Shown here: one piece after another, positions 49,997 to 63,328 of the stretch
Layout of the letters: every line of letters starts with the position of its first letter
Numbering within the stretch: position 1 is the stretch's first letter
Origin: Octopus vulgaris
Taxonomy: Eukaryota
NCBI GenBank assembly: GCA_951406725.2
Contig: OX597828.1
Span: 66,464,001-66,528,000 of the forward strand
Direction of reading: 5' to 3'
Length of the DNA: 64,000 nt
Program-made: the position numbers and the translations under genes
The notes under the pieces: generated by a model
What the model saw: the letters and a program-made list of their open reading frames with translations, nothing else
Database searches by the model: none
What the model was told of the DNA's origin: nothing

Positions 49997-50416
49997 GTGA
50001 GTAGAATATATTATTGAAAACACCAGTTTCTTCTCTCTCTCTCTCATTTTCCCATAATTCCCTTATATCCTTATTGTCTTCAAATTATTGTAAATTTGTT
50101 TCATTTTACCATTTTGAATCCCATATTTTGGTTTGTAGTGTACTTTCTCTATTGCCAGGACACATAAATATTTTAGGAAGATTGTTGCTTGCATACAGAC
50201 TACTATTACATATTAGTTTGTATAAGTGCCAACTGTAGTAATGTGTACATTATATGTGATAACTCCCACCATGATCTGTATATTCATCTGTGTTTCAGTT
50301 GGCAGGAAAGCTCAAATTTTATATTACATGAGTCTTTGTGACAATCCTTGTATACTCACCATATACACTTCATTTTAATATATTAATATGGGTGTAGTCA
50401 GAACTCAGAAACTTGT

Positions 50417-50639
50417 TTAACCCTTTCACTACCAATCTGGCTGAAACCGGCTCTGAGAACAAATGTCTTGTTTTCAAAAGTTTTGAATTAAAATCTTCCA
50501 CCAAATCTTAGTCACAATTTATGTTCTTAAAACCAGCTGAATGATAACTAAATTGTTTTACTAAATTCTTTGTTATATTTAAAGTAATTGAAAGAAACAC
50601 AGAGCATCTCAAAATAAATACAGTTAACGAAAGGGTTAA
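50417..50639. mobile_element. piggyBac-like MITE, family D
   Basis: TTAACCCTTTC...GAAAGGGTTAA; homologous to 18160. Confidence 0.88.
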
Positions 50640-50783
50640 ACTCTAAAATTTGAATTGAAATTTGTTTTCCTAACGTATTAAGATAATTACTTCTACTGGA
50701 AATTTTTAAGAGTTTACTTCTCTTTCAACTTGGTTCTAGTTTCCATTTTGTAACCTTCTAATTTTGTTTGTTGTGATTAAAAG

Positions 50784-50908
50784 GGCTGCTTTTTGCAACA
50801 CATTCAAAATGAAACTGGTGCAAAAGTAACACTAAGAGGAAAGGGATCAAATTTTATTGAATCTACATCAGGCCGTGAAGCTTTTGAGCCTATGCATATC
50901 CATCTCCA
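50784..50908 (+). CDS. KHDC4: KHDC4 exon, KH2 core ([41 protein letters not shown])
   Basis: Weak acceptor ttaaaAG, donor GTAAGT; phase 0/2. Matches human [41 protein letters not shown]. The GxxG loop (GPAG) is formed across the upstream junction. Confidence 0.95.
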
Positions 50909-51362
50909 GTAAGTTCCATAATTATTTCTACTCTATTTTTTTTCTAATATCTTTATTTTCAGTGAAAATTGTTCTTTATATAGAGTGAAGTATTTTTGAT
51001 ACCAAGAACTAAATCAATATCCATTTTGCACATCATTAGCTATATGTTTGAAGTAGACTACATTGAATTGGTATGTGCTATTGTTACCCTGGGGTTGGCA
51101 TAAAATCTTAAACATTGAGGGAAATAGGAAATGAGAGATATAACATGTATAACATATTTAACTTTTCCATGAGAATTCATGATATTAGTCATGTAGAAAA
51201 CGTCAGTTGGGATGAAAACTATTTTTCTCTCCCTGAAATCCTACATGTTCAATGACCTTTGTAAATGTTTATTTGAAATTTGGTTTTTAAGAGAGTAGAT
51301 TGTTTCATTTATATATTTGACTAAATGCATGTTTTATTTTTCATTTTTTTCTGTTTATTTAG

Positions 51363-51423
51363 ACATGCAAATATTATGGGACTGCAACAGGCCAAACAGC
51401 TTGCAGAAAATCTCATACAAACG
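51363..51423 (+). CDS. KHDC4: KHDC4 exon (QHANIMGLQQAKQLAENLIQT)
   Basis: Acceptor tttatttAG, donor GTAAGT; phase 2/0. Matches human [20 protein letters not shown]. Confidence 0.94.
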
Positions 51424-52818
51424 GTAAGTTTGCTTTCATAATCCCACACACAGCATACATTGACATTTTCCCATAATTCTTCCAATTATTACTCTTTGCT
51501 TCCTATTCTGTCCACAAAACTTTCTTGTACACTGAAATATCTATTTTTAAGAAAATTTTATCAAAAACTTTAATAAATAATCTACATATTTAAGAAAAAA
51601 AGTATTTTTTTTCTTCCTCTCTTCTTGCTTCTCAGGACTCAAACTTTATAAATTTTTTTTCCTTTTTCTAACATTGACAATTTCTTGTGCATTTTATTTT
51701 TATTTTTTTATTTATTTAATTATTTATTTATTCTTTTGCCCTTTTCCAAATTTTAACAAAAATTTTTGTTCAACTTTCTAAGCCAGTTCTGTATGGTTAA
51801 AAAAGAAACTTAAGTCTCACTGGACAGCTAAATGTATTTTATTAATTAATCAAATAATATTTTTCCTTGTTTTATATACTTAGTTATGTTTCAGAATTCT
51901 TTTACATATGGCCACTTTGAACTAAGTTGTCTTTTTCTATGTTTATTATTTTTTATGTGTGTGTGTTTTTTCTGGGGCTTTTTAAAAATGTTCTCCTCTT
52001 GGAAAGCACTGTACGGACAAAGCTATTTTGGTCAAATTCTACTTCAAATGATTTATTCCCCATAACATTTTTTGTCTTATGGCATCATGTCTAAAAATAG
52101 AGGATTTACTTGCTGATGACTCCTTAAATACAAATCAGTTATCTGTTTTCCTTTCCCCTCCCCCTAACCTGTCTGCTGCAGATTTCATTGATCTAGATGG
52201 ATTTCAATTGAAAATATATTAAATTTTTATTGGATTGATTTCTTAATACTTTGTGCTTCATTTTCAAAGCTGAATGTCTTGTGTTTAGATTGAAGCTTAA
52301 AAATTAGTTTAAAACCTCCTTTAACAAATCTTTATTTTAGAGAACTAAAATAAATTTAATTTCTTTTTGAGTCTAATTTTACTAAACTGTTTGGTTACTT
52401 TAATGGTACATTCTTTCTTTTCCAAGAGTTATTAAGATATTGTTCTACCATTATTTCTGAGGTTTCAATAGTCAGTAGCTGTGTAGTAAGATTATAGTTT
52501 TGTTGTCCCAAAGTTTTTAAATTCAAATCTTCCTATCACTGTCTATTCTTTGTACAAGTAACATTATGCTTGTGTTGTCAGCTTAGATGAAAAATTATCC
52601 CATTTGTAGTGAAGTTAGTGCAATTAAAAATGGCACTTAGTTATACATTTCTGGTGTCTGTTATAAATACCTTAATTTGATTTTTTGGTGTGTATGCTTT
52701 GAAAAGATGTAGGTAAAATACCTTCTTAAATGTATCTTTGAAATAACAAAATTAATGTGTCTGGTGTACAACATAATATATTTCAATTCATGATCTTGTA
52801 GTTTGTGATTTTTAACAG

Positions 52819-52969
52819 TACTATAACATGGAGTAGTGTAGACTTGACTATAACCTGGTGGAGTGGTGTAGACATTCCTATAGCCTTGCAGAATGGTGTA
52901 GTAGATATTATTATAGCATGGTTAGAGTAGTGTAGACATTATAATAGCCTGGTGGAGTGGTGTAGACTT
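52819..52969. repeat. Degenerate ~30-bp tandem repeat (TATAGCCTGGTGGAGTGGTGTAGAC core) x ~5
   Basis: Recurrent GAGTRGTGTAGAC and TATARCCTGG motifs at ~30-bp spacing. Confidence 0.8.
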
Positions 52970-55900
52970 AGTGCTTATTAAATACTTTGTAGTATCTTTC
53001 ATTCAAGTTGAGCTCCAACATGGATTGACTTTACATTTCATCTCTTCAGCATCAATAGTACCAAAGTTATTTGATTTTATTTTCTTTCAATAGTTCAGGG
53101 TCTCGTTTCAACAGATTAAAATCATTATTGTAATTAGTATAAAAAGTAGTGTGAAATGTTTTGATAGTTTACTTAAATGCAGTTTCAGTGTCTCTATGTT
53201 ATCTTCAAGAAAAGTGCAAACGTGTATGTGTGTGAAATACATTCAGGCTTATAAACAACCGTGTGTGTGTGTGTGTGTGTGCGCACACAAATTTCTTTCA
53301 TAATATTAGGCCAGGGTTCAGTTATCTGTAGGCATTCTCCATGATGTTAAATTACACATCAAATTGTATAGAGAATTGGTTTTTACTTTCTTCTTCTGTT
53401 GAACCAGTCCACTGTCTATAAACTATCAAATTATTATGCATTGGTTGGATTGAAGAGGGGCTAGTATAGAATATTGTTCTTCTCATAATTTACTCATTGC
53501 ATAGGTACTGATCTTTGTAAGTACATCAGTTTATTATATTTATGAGATAAGTTTGAATATTCTACCCAATTACTTCCAAAGTCTGCTGCACACCATCTTG
53601 CCAAAACTACATTTTTAAATTGCTAAAAAAATCCATCTGGATAAATTTGGCAATGCTATGAAAAAGAAAAAAAAGAAAAGCAAAAAAAAAATACAATATG
53701 CATAACATAAATTCAAATTCCAGTTCAGTAGAATGCTTCTTATGAGAAATGAGTAGAATCTTTCGTTAAATACAAGACATTTTGCCATTTCCTCATTCTG
53801 AGAATTCTGCAGTAGTCTTTTTGTTTTTTTTTTTTTTTTCTGTTTGTTTTTTTTTTTTAAATCTCTTTTTGCAAATATTGCATCATTGATTCTTTCACAT
53901 AATTCTGGGGTTTCAAACTATGTTATCTTGTTTCTGTAGTTAAGTTGAAATCTTTAATCTTAAGAATGTTTCTTAAACGCAACATATCCTGTACCTCTGA
54001 TCTCTGTTTTACCAACTCTGTCATTGTTTCTCATTATTAATATATAGCTTGCTATTTTTATTACCATTACATCAGGGTAGCAGTAAAAATTATTGCTCTG
54101 GTTGAGAATAATTATCCATTTTATAGTTAATTAATCTTATTACAACTTTAAGTATGTCTTCAAAGGTGTTTTTCTACAGTAAATGCATTGCATTCAATCA
54201 TAATGAACCAATGTTATTGTCCTCTTCAAGTTTTGAATATTAAAGCAAAATCGATATAAAAATAACAAAAAAACAAAACTAATATCTTTTTAATTATTTT
54301 AATAAATCTCAAGTTCTATTCAATCAAATTCTCTTTATATGTATATATATATATATATGTGTGTGTGTATATATATATAGAAATATATGTGTGTATGTAT
54401 ATATATATATATATGTATAAATATATACTAATGTTTTTCCTTTTCTTTCAAGTTTTTGACAGGATTTGAATTTAAACTTTCTATCCAAGGAAAGTTTTCT
54501 AACTACTACCTGATTTAATTCCCTTTATTATTTATTATTTTGATTTGACTATTTTGCCATTAATTAATCTATATATTTCAAATGTACTTAGTGGTTTGAA
54601 ACATAGCTCCATGCTGTAAACTAATGTCAAGTGGCAATTATCGTTAACATTAACCAGAATTTTTTTTCCTACTTTTCCAACTCTCATGCTACAAATAACT
54701 GTTGTGATTTAAACTTCCAGGCCAGTTTGGTGCTGTTTATGTGGTCAATGAATTTAACAGCAGAGCTAGATCTAGGCTTTTACTCTATTTTGAAACATGC
54801 TGGTTCAAATGTTTCTTGAACTGATAAGATATTCTGTTTTTATTATATCCAGAAAACAACTGCTGATATTATTTTATCTTCCTTTTTTTAATCAACATAA
54901 TATATTTGATAGAGGTTTTAAGAAATATTTCAACATGCTACATAAGTTAGCTGCCAATAGAATTGCCATGGGAGTATAATGGTTTCAATTTGAAGACCTC
55001 TGCATGGTGAAATATAATAGTTTAAAAAAATATTTGAATAATTTTCTTTCTTTCTATATCTGTGTGTATGTGTGTGTGTGTGAGTAAAGTTAGTTGCTTA
55101 GTTTCTTGAAGATCTTATTTCCTCATAATTCGAAAGGGCGAATAAAATGAACTACTAAAATTTTGTGTGGTTTTCTTAATATAATAGTTTTGCCTTAAAT
55201 TTCATGTAACTATTTTTGGTCTGTTTGGAAGGTTATATAAATGGTTGAGACTAATGTTTAAATACTGATGCTTCAGTATAGTATTTACGATAGGATTACC
55301 TAATTAATGTTGATGTAATTGATTAAAAATTTAGGACACTTTTGTGGGGGCTTTAAGAATTTTAACCTGGGCTCCAGTTATTAAAAATTTACTTTTTTTA
55401 ATCTTTTAATTTTTGTTAAATATTCAATCCTCAGTAGGGTTGTTTTGATATTTTAATTCAGTATCATTACATTTTTTTATATCAACATTTTATAATGTTA
55501 TTTTTTTGGTTTAAATGTTCTTTGTTGAAATGTTTTTTTTTTTTATTGCATACAAAATTAATTATTCTATAATGTATGTGTGTACCTTAAATAATCATAT
55601 ATTTGGTGTTTTTTCTAAGTTAGATGTCAATGATCTTTTTTTTTTTTTTTCATACTTTTATCAAAATAACATATTTGTCTGTATCTTCCAACATAGTATC
55701 TGGGCTAACATTGAAATAGAATCCTTGAGTTTCTTAAAGACCTTTTGTTTAGATCAGAATATTTACCAAACAGTCCTTCGGACACACTCAGTTTTCCTGT
55801 GTGATTTAATTTAGATTCTTCTGTGACATTAATTTACCTTCAGTTTAGTTTGTGAGCAAAGCACCCACCTGCCTCATTGGGAAATCATTAATTTAAAATT

Positions 55901-56899
55901 TCTCAACTACAGAACATTTACAATCTGTGTTAAATATTAAACCTTTTCCAACAGGATTGCTAGTGTTCTGACTTGGTTTGCCAATTATTATTTTTGCTTA
56001 CCATACAGTTTTAGAGGTCAGAAGATTAGCTTGAAATTTGTTCTTTGGTCATGTGTTTTGTACTCACAAGAAAAAAGTACAAACAACTAAATGCAAATAT
56101 ATGCTAAAAGATTTTTCTAATTTAGCAGAAACAGTAGTTGTAATTAGTTATTCATTGCATTATAATTAAGATATTTACTGTTAATGGATATGTAAATTAT
56201 GAAATATAACTTTGCTTAGGTAAGAGGTCTATATGCATAAAAATAATGTTATTAAACTACTAAATAATCAGATGACATTTAAAACTTATATATTTATTGT
56301 TAAAATCCAAATAATTTGCCAATATTTCCACCTTGATTATTTCAATTTCTGATGCACAAGTTGTAAGAAAATTTACCAATTTAATATATTATATTTCTTA
56401 ATTGAGTCTGAAAATTTATTAGCACTCAATCTGACAACTTTATATAAGATTTCTAAAACATCTGATTTGAGCTACTGCTCTTTCATACAAAAACAGAAAA
56501 ATGAAATGTTAAAATTATTTTAAAAGGAACACTTTCCTTGGAGTAAACATTTCCAAACATAATATTGGTTCCTAAAATCTATCAGGGTTTTGTTAATGCT
56601 TTGATCTGTTCATGAATTGTTCTGTGTCACTGGAATAATTAGCTAAACAAGAGGAAGAGCTAAAACATTGTTTGGCAATTTCTCACATATATATAGCTAT
56701 TATTAATTTCAATCTATATTACTGTTAGTATTATTTATTATTATTATTATTAATTGATGTAGTAGTAGTAGTATTATGATGTTATTTCTCCCGCTACTTA
56801 ACTGCTAATGATTCAGGCACAACTTGAGGGATCAGGTGTTGTTGTCATCCATCAAAACGGGCTGCAAGATAACCAGTCCGATGCATTATTTTGTTCTAG

Positions 56900-56999
56900 G
56901 TTCAGCAAGACTACGCCCAGTTTCAGCAGGCCCTGGCTGCCATACCCGCATCCATGAGTCCTGGGACAGCCACCTTGTTGGCTGGCTTACAGCAGCAGA
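56900..56999 (+). CDS. KHDC4: KHDC4 exon ([33 protein letters not shown])
   Basis: Acceptor ttgttctAG, donor GTAAGT at 57000; phase 0/1. Continues the helix equivalent to human VHAEYSRF. GC-rich island in an AT-rich intron. Confidence 0.88.
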
Positions 57000-57080
57000 G
57001 TAAGTTTTTCTTCTAGCTCGTAGTACAGCATTTTTGTATCCATGTCACTCAATTTGACCTTTCTTCCCTGTTCTTTGCAG

Positions 57081-57118
57081 CATTACTCTTGTCTCCACCT
57101 GCCTGCCCTGCAATTTAA
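57081..57118 (+). CDS. KHDC4: Candidate alternative terminal coding exon of KHDC4 (TLLLSPPACPAI*)
   Basis: Strong polypyrimidine acceptor ccttttcttccctgttctttgcAG closing an 81-nt intron. Phase-1 frame ends at TAA 57116-57118; AATAAA at 57248. Confidence 0.45.
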
Positions 57119-57469
57119 GCTATATTTTTTTTTTACATTAAAATTTGGCTGATAAATTGCTGATAGTTCAGAAAACAATATATGTCGATATATTTGTATG
57201 TGGGTATCTCTGTATGTAGTCTTTTTTTTTTTTTTTTCTCTCTGGGTAATAAAAAGAAAAATGCATACATATATGCACACACAAATTTATATTTCTAGAT
57301 ACACATACACAATACACAAGTATATCTACGCACAGATTGTGTGTATAGTCTACATGTATTTATTGTGTGTATATTACATGGACAGTATATATGTGTATTT
57401 GTGTGTGTATGTTGTATAAATGTATGCATGCACACACCTATCGTGTGTAAATGATTACATTATCACTTT

Positions 57470-57613
57470 GTGTATCTATGTATTTGTGTTCATATATGTG
57501 TATACATGTGTGTGTATGTATGTGTATATATATATTATAATGTAATATATAATATATATATATATATATATAATATATGCACACACATGCATATATGTAT
57601 ATATGCATGTATA

Positions 57614-57650
<37 letters not shown>

Positions 57651-57721
57651 ATGTGTATATATATATATATATTATATATGCATATGTATATATATATATA
57701 TATACACATGTATATATATGC

Positions 57722-57757
<36 letters not shown>

Positions 57758-58205
57758 GTATATATATGCACATGTATATATATGCATATATATATATATA
57801 CACATGTATATATATGCATATATATATATATATACACATGTATATATATGCATATATATATGCATATATATACATGTATATATATGCATATATATATATA
57901 TACATGTATATATATGCATATATATATATGCATGTATATATTATTATATATGTATACACATATATATGTATCCGTATATATACACATATATATATATACA
58001 TGCATATATATATACACATGCATATATATGTATATACACATGCATAAATATATATGTATATATATACACACATAGTTATTTAGATATGTATACATACATC
58101 AACATATGTGTGTGTATGTATGTGTGTGTGTGTATACATATGTATATACATGCATAATTGTGTATGTATGTGTGTGTATGGGTTTTTTCATATGTCTGTG
58201 TGTGT
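57470..58205. repeat. Compound alternating purine-pyrimidine satellite: (TA)n with CACATG/TGCA units
   Basis: Direct inspection; source of the YI/CV-rich ORFs. Confidence 0.95.
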
Positions 58206-61200
58206 TTAACATATTTACAATCATCTTATGATCTCTATAGTATACTAATTGATTCTTTCTCTCGCTCTTTCTGTACATTCAGATGGGGGGATATTTGGGG
58301 GACATACAGCCAGAAGTATAATTTATGCACAAATTTTTATTATTCCCAAAATTATCAATCTATCTTCCTTTCCTGTGTTTTAAAATGTTCCTACTTTTTG
58401 TGTGCTTTTTTTCATTTTTGTTTATTATTATTATTATTATTACTTTTTCTAAAGCAAACAAAACATTAGTTTAAAATCATTGTTTGTGCCAAGCAATATA
58501 TTTTTTTTTTCTTCACAGGTACTAATAAGCTTTTGTTTCTAGTTTGCAGAATTGTTCTTGAATTCAACATAGCATATGTCTGAAATATTCTTCTGCAATC
58601 TCCATCCCTTATATTTTGTTTCAAAATAATTTCTCAGCTAAAGTTGTGCAACAAAGTTTGATAGATTTTAATATTTACCTGATGTCTTCCAAATTTGCCA
58701 GAATTGTTTTCCAACATTCTGCAATCGGTTGTTTATTCTTTGAAATAACGACTGAGTGTATATCACCATTCTTTATAAACTCTTCTACTATTACCACTGT
58801 AGATTTGAAATCTTGAAAACTTTGTCTTTATTGCCGTAAATTATTAAATAACTGAAATGAATGCTAAGATATTGTACTTGTTTGAACTTTGAGAAATCAC
58901 AGAAGTTCAATGAGTAAATAACACAATATATTCTATCATAATTGATAGAATTCTTTAGCATTCTCTAGTCATCAAATTGTTAAATGTACTACACTTTGTA
59001 CATATACTGTATATAACATACACACATCAATTTAGGCATGTTCAAAATGGAATATTTAAAGTCTCAAACCTTTATCGCTTGCTTTTTTTCTTTGTTTAAT
59101 GCCCAGTTAGTTAAAATATTTGTTAATATTTAGATTAAAAATTAGCAAGTCTTAATTTTTAAATATTATTTCCCAATTCTGGTAGTCTATTTTTTTCCCC
59201 TTTTCTCTCATTACACTGTATAATGTATATTCTGTTGTGTCTGGGGAGAGTCATTTCAAAAACGAAATACTGTACAATGTAGTTATTAATTTATCTCGCT
59301 TTCTGTTAATTTCTTCAATTCTAGCACGTATTTTAACCAACTCTGCTTCTATAAAATAAGTCTATTTCAAATTTACCACATTTTAGCCAGAAACTGTTCC
59401 AAGCATGTACTAAATAAAGTAGATAATTTTTATGGTTGGTAAATTATTATTTAATTACTATTTAACTCTGCATTTAGCTTAGATAGCTTTTTAAAAATAT
59501 TCTCAATTTTGTTTGATTAAAGACTATTACTATGTAATTTACATATTAAATATAAAATAGACTTATACGATTGTTGAAATGTGAATTATTATTATAGATC
59601 TTGAAATAAAATTAAAGCAGCTAGAGACGTGATGATTAGGATAAGTAATAGGAATTAATGATAGCAATTGTTATTGATTATATTTGTATATATATTTGTT
59701 TTGTACTGTTCAATATAATTATTTATATTTCAACTAAACTCAAATCTAATGCTGTTAATGAAGATGTTCTTATTCTCAATGTAAATCTAAACTGAAAGCT
59801 AAACAAACTGGAAATGTTTCACTTTTTTAACAGTTTATGTAATCTACAATCTTTGATTATATTTTACAAAATTCAAAGATAAGTAGATATTTGAAAATTA
59901 GTATTTCCACTTGTATTTGTGAGGAGATAGTTTTTGATAAGTGTTTCAGTTAGAGATATAATTGAAGAAAAATGAAATTGTTGATGTTTAAAAATGACCA
60001 GAAACAAATTTTTTTAATACTTAGAATTACTGATTTTATAATCAAAACCTGGTCATTTAAAGCAGTAAAAAAAATGTATATAAAAGTCTACTTTTAATAA
60101 ATATCATCTTCATTATTTAGTATTAAATTAAATGAGCCCTGTGGGCTCTGAATTCATATACCATTATCTCAGTAATAAATAAAATAAGTACTAATTATTC
60201 AAATTTATATCATTATACTTAGTACCAATATTTGAGATCAGTATTAAGGAATTAATTATCACCCTATACATAGTTTTATTAAGTTATACTTTGATAAATT
60301 TAAATGTATTTAGATATGACAATATAAAACCAATTCAAAGAGCTAGCTAGTGTAACTAAGAATTTGTTAATATTGTCTTTGTAGGCTTTGCATAAATGTT
60401 TGTGAAGTTTTTTTTTACACTTGGCATGTTATATAAAGGAAATGTCTCTCCTCCCCCACTCCTTTTATTGATGCTATATGGATGACTGAAAATAATCTCT
60501 GCTTTTTTACTCAAGTCTACTTTAAGTACGACGATTTGTCTTTTCAGTAAGTCAAATTGTCAAATTCTACATAAAACTTCCACTAATAAAATCCTTGGAA
60601 TCATTTAGAACTTTGACAGCTTTGTAATATATTTACCTGAAGATAATATTGATGGTTTTAGATTTGGGCAGATTGGACAGATCTATCAGAGTCCATTACT
60701 AGTTGTGCTTGTTCTTACAGTATGGCTCGTATTTGTAATATTATTTATGGATTAAAAGCCTTCTGCCACAGGTATAGATTACCAACTATGTGGTAACACA
60801 TATCTACAGCTGCACATATTATATGCACCTAACACATATGGAAAATTGTATAACGAAGCTTCTTTGTGTAAAAGAAAAAAAAATTGAAAAAATATGTGTT
60901 CCAGATTAAATTGGAATATACTACTCCTTTGTACACACAACGATTCTTTGAAAATGTCTATTCTGAGACATTTTTTTGAAATAGCATATGAAAATTGATT
61001 TGAGACTCTAAATACCATTTGAGTGTTTACTCCTTAGAATATTTAGTGTTATATTCTGTTAATTTCTCTTAATGTTGTTCAATTTTGCTTGTGTGTATTT
61101 GTGGTGAAATGGGATGTTTATGTGTTACTTTGCTAGGATTTAATATTGTTCATATTTTGCAGCATCCCTTTTGGTTTCAAAAAGTTTACTTCAGAATTTT

Positions 61201-63109
61201 TATGGCTAATTTTTTTTTTCTTTTTTCTTTTAATTTTTAGTCAACTTGTGACTATTTACTATTTACTAACCCAGAAACAGTTTTAACAATTGATTGGATA
61301 TCATCAATTTAAAAAAAATTTTATTTTATTATTGCTTGTTTCTCTCTTTCTCTTTACCTTTCCCTCTCTCTTTCTCTCTTTCTCACTTTGCTGCATCTTG
61401 AATAATTTATATCCCAGCTTAGATATAGGGTCAACAAGAGATTCTTGACTCACTTGGACCTACTACTACTCACCACTAACTGCTCATTGTTATAATTCAA
61501 ACATTTTTTTTAAACTTCCACAAAACTGCTTTAAATGATGTATCTTTTTCCTTCCTGTTTGCTTAAGTTAATGTTTCATTGCCTGTCAGTATATATGTTT
61601 CTTTTGTTATTTATTATTTTTTTTTTTTGTACATTTGGCAGACATTGTTTAAAATTAAAATTATTTGATTCTGTATTGTTGAGATATTGTGGTGTGTAAA
61701 CATTGTGTTTGTTGTTTGTGCAACAATCTCCCTTGTAGTATTGATAGACCTCCTCCTCCTGTAAGGGACGGGGAACACATGGGTAGTGGTGAATGCAAAA
61801 ATAAACACAAAAGGATCATATTAAGCTGATGTAAATGATTTTCTAGCAGTCATATGTGCCATATTCACAACTGACTCAATGATATTCTACACCAAAACAT
61901 CATTATATAGTGTTATTGGATATCTTTAGATACGTAATTTGATATAATGTAAAAAAAGATAAGGTTATTAATAATGTTCATCTCTTGAGGTTGCTATGTT
62001 CTAGGTTTTATTTCAAACATTTTCAATCATAAATTGAAGTATAGCAATCATCAACATCTGTTTATTAATTATTTATGTATGATAGAGTAATCATGTATAA
62101 TGAGATATACAGCACCTGCTTATTAGCTGTTTATGTACGGTAGAATAGCATAACTGCTCTGACATAATTGAGTTACTATTGATTTTATGTATTATTTCAT
62201 ATTTCATGCTCATTTGCTTGAAAATAATCCAATATTTTGTTATTAATGAAATAACAGCTTTATTTATTATTTTATAAATTATTATATGTGTGAGAGGTGG
62301 AGTTGTCATCAAATTCATTTTTTATGGGTCGATAACCAGTTTGCAGAATAATTTAAAATTTCTATACATGCTTGAGTGTGTCTTCTGATTTTGATTGTTT
62401 TGTTATGCTGATATAGAAAAACATACCAAATCCATAATCCTTAATCAAATTCTCTATTTTGGGGATCCAATTGTTAACATCCATTGATTTTTCCATATTG
62501 GTATTACATTTTGAAGAGTTTCTCCTCAAATCCAACAATGGTCTCTACATTTAAAGAACCCTTACCTCAATGTCCTTTTTTGCGTTTTGTTTTTCTTGCT
62601 CTCGATTTTAAATAATTCTATATATGTCATCTTTAAATTCATAAAATTGTATTTAATGTGCAAAAAGAAAAACCAGAAATTACATTTTTCTTCACTTATT
62701 AATTACATTTATATTTTTTATTACATTTTATAGATCAGATATATCTATGTATATGGATATTAAAAAAAATTAATTTCTAATCCCCTGCTAGTTAGCCTAT
62801 GAGCTTACTGGATTTTATTTGATTTGGAAATACATGTTGTATGTTTGCAAGCATAATGAATATAGGCATTGATTTTCCAATTTTCCATAATCTTAATTTG
62901 GTGCATATATTTCTCTTAGCTTTTTAACTAATTATTTTTGAGAACACCATTTAATGTTTTATATCATAAACTAATCACCTGCTTTGTTAAAAAAAAAGTA
63001 CGTCTTTGATTAATGTGTGTGTGTGGGGGGGATTTAATATTGATTGAAGTTGGACTTCAAATTTATACACACACAAACATACCTTCCTATATAGATTATA
63101 TGTATATCA

Positions 63110-63135
63110 AGTATTTGTGTGTAGGTATGTATATA

Positions 63136-63170
<35 letters not shown>

Positions 63171-63193
63171 GTGTGTGTGTATGTATATATATA

Positions 63194-63226
<33 letters not shown>

Positions 63227-63283
63227 GTGTGTGTGTATATATATGTGTGTGTGTATATATATATGTGTGTGTGTATATATATA

Positions 63284-63325
<42 letters not shown>
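63110..63325. repeat. Compound (TG)n/(TA)n microsatellite
   Basis: Direct inspection. Confidence 0.95.

Positions 63326-63328
<3 letters not shown>

Noticed and set aside
57470-58157. Long ORFs of 100-201 aa rich in Y/I/C/M/H
   Set aside because: Translations of (TA)n/(CA)n satellites, which lack stop codons; the same applies to 63013-63553 and other YIYI/CVCV ORFs.
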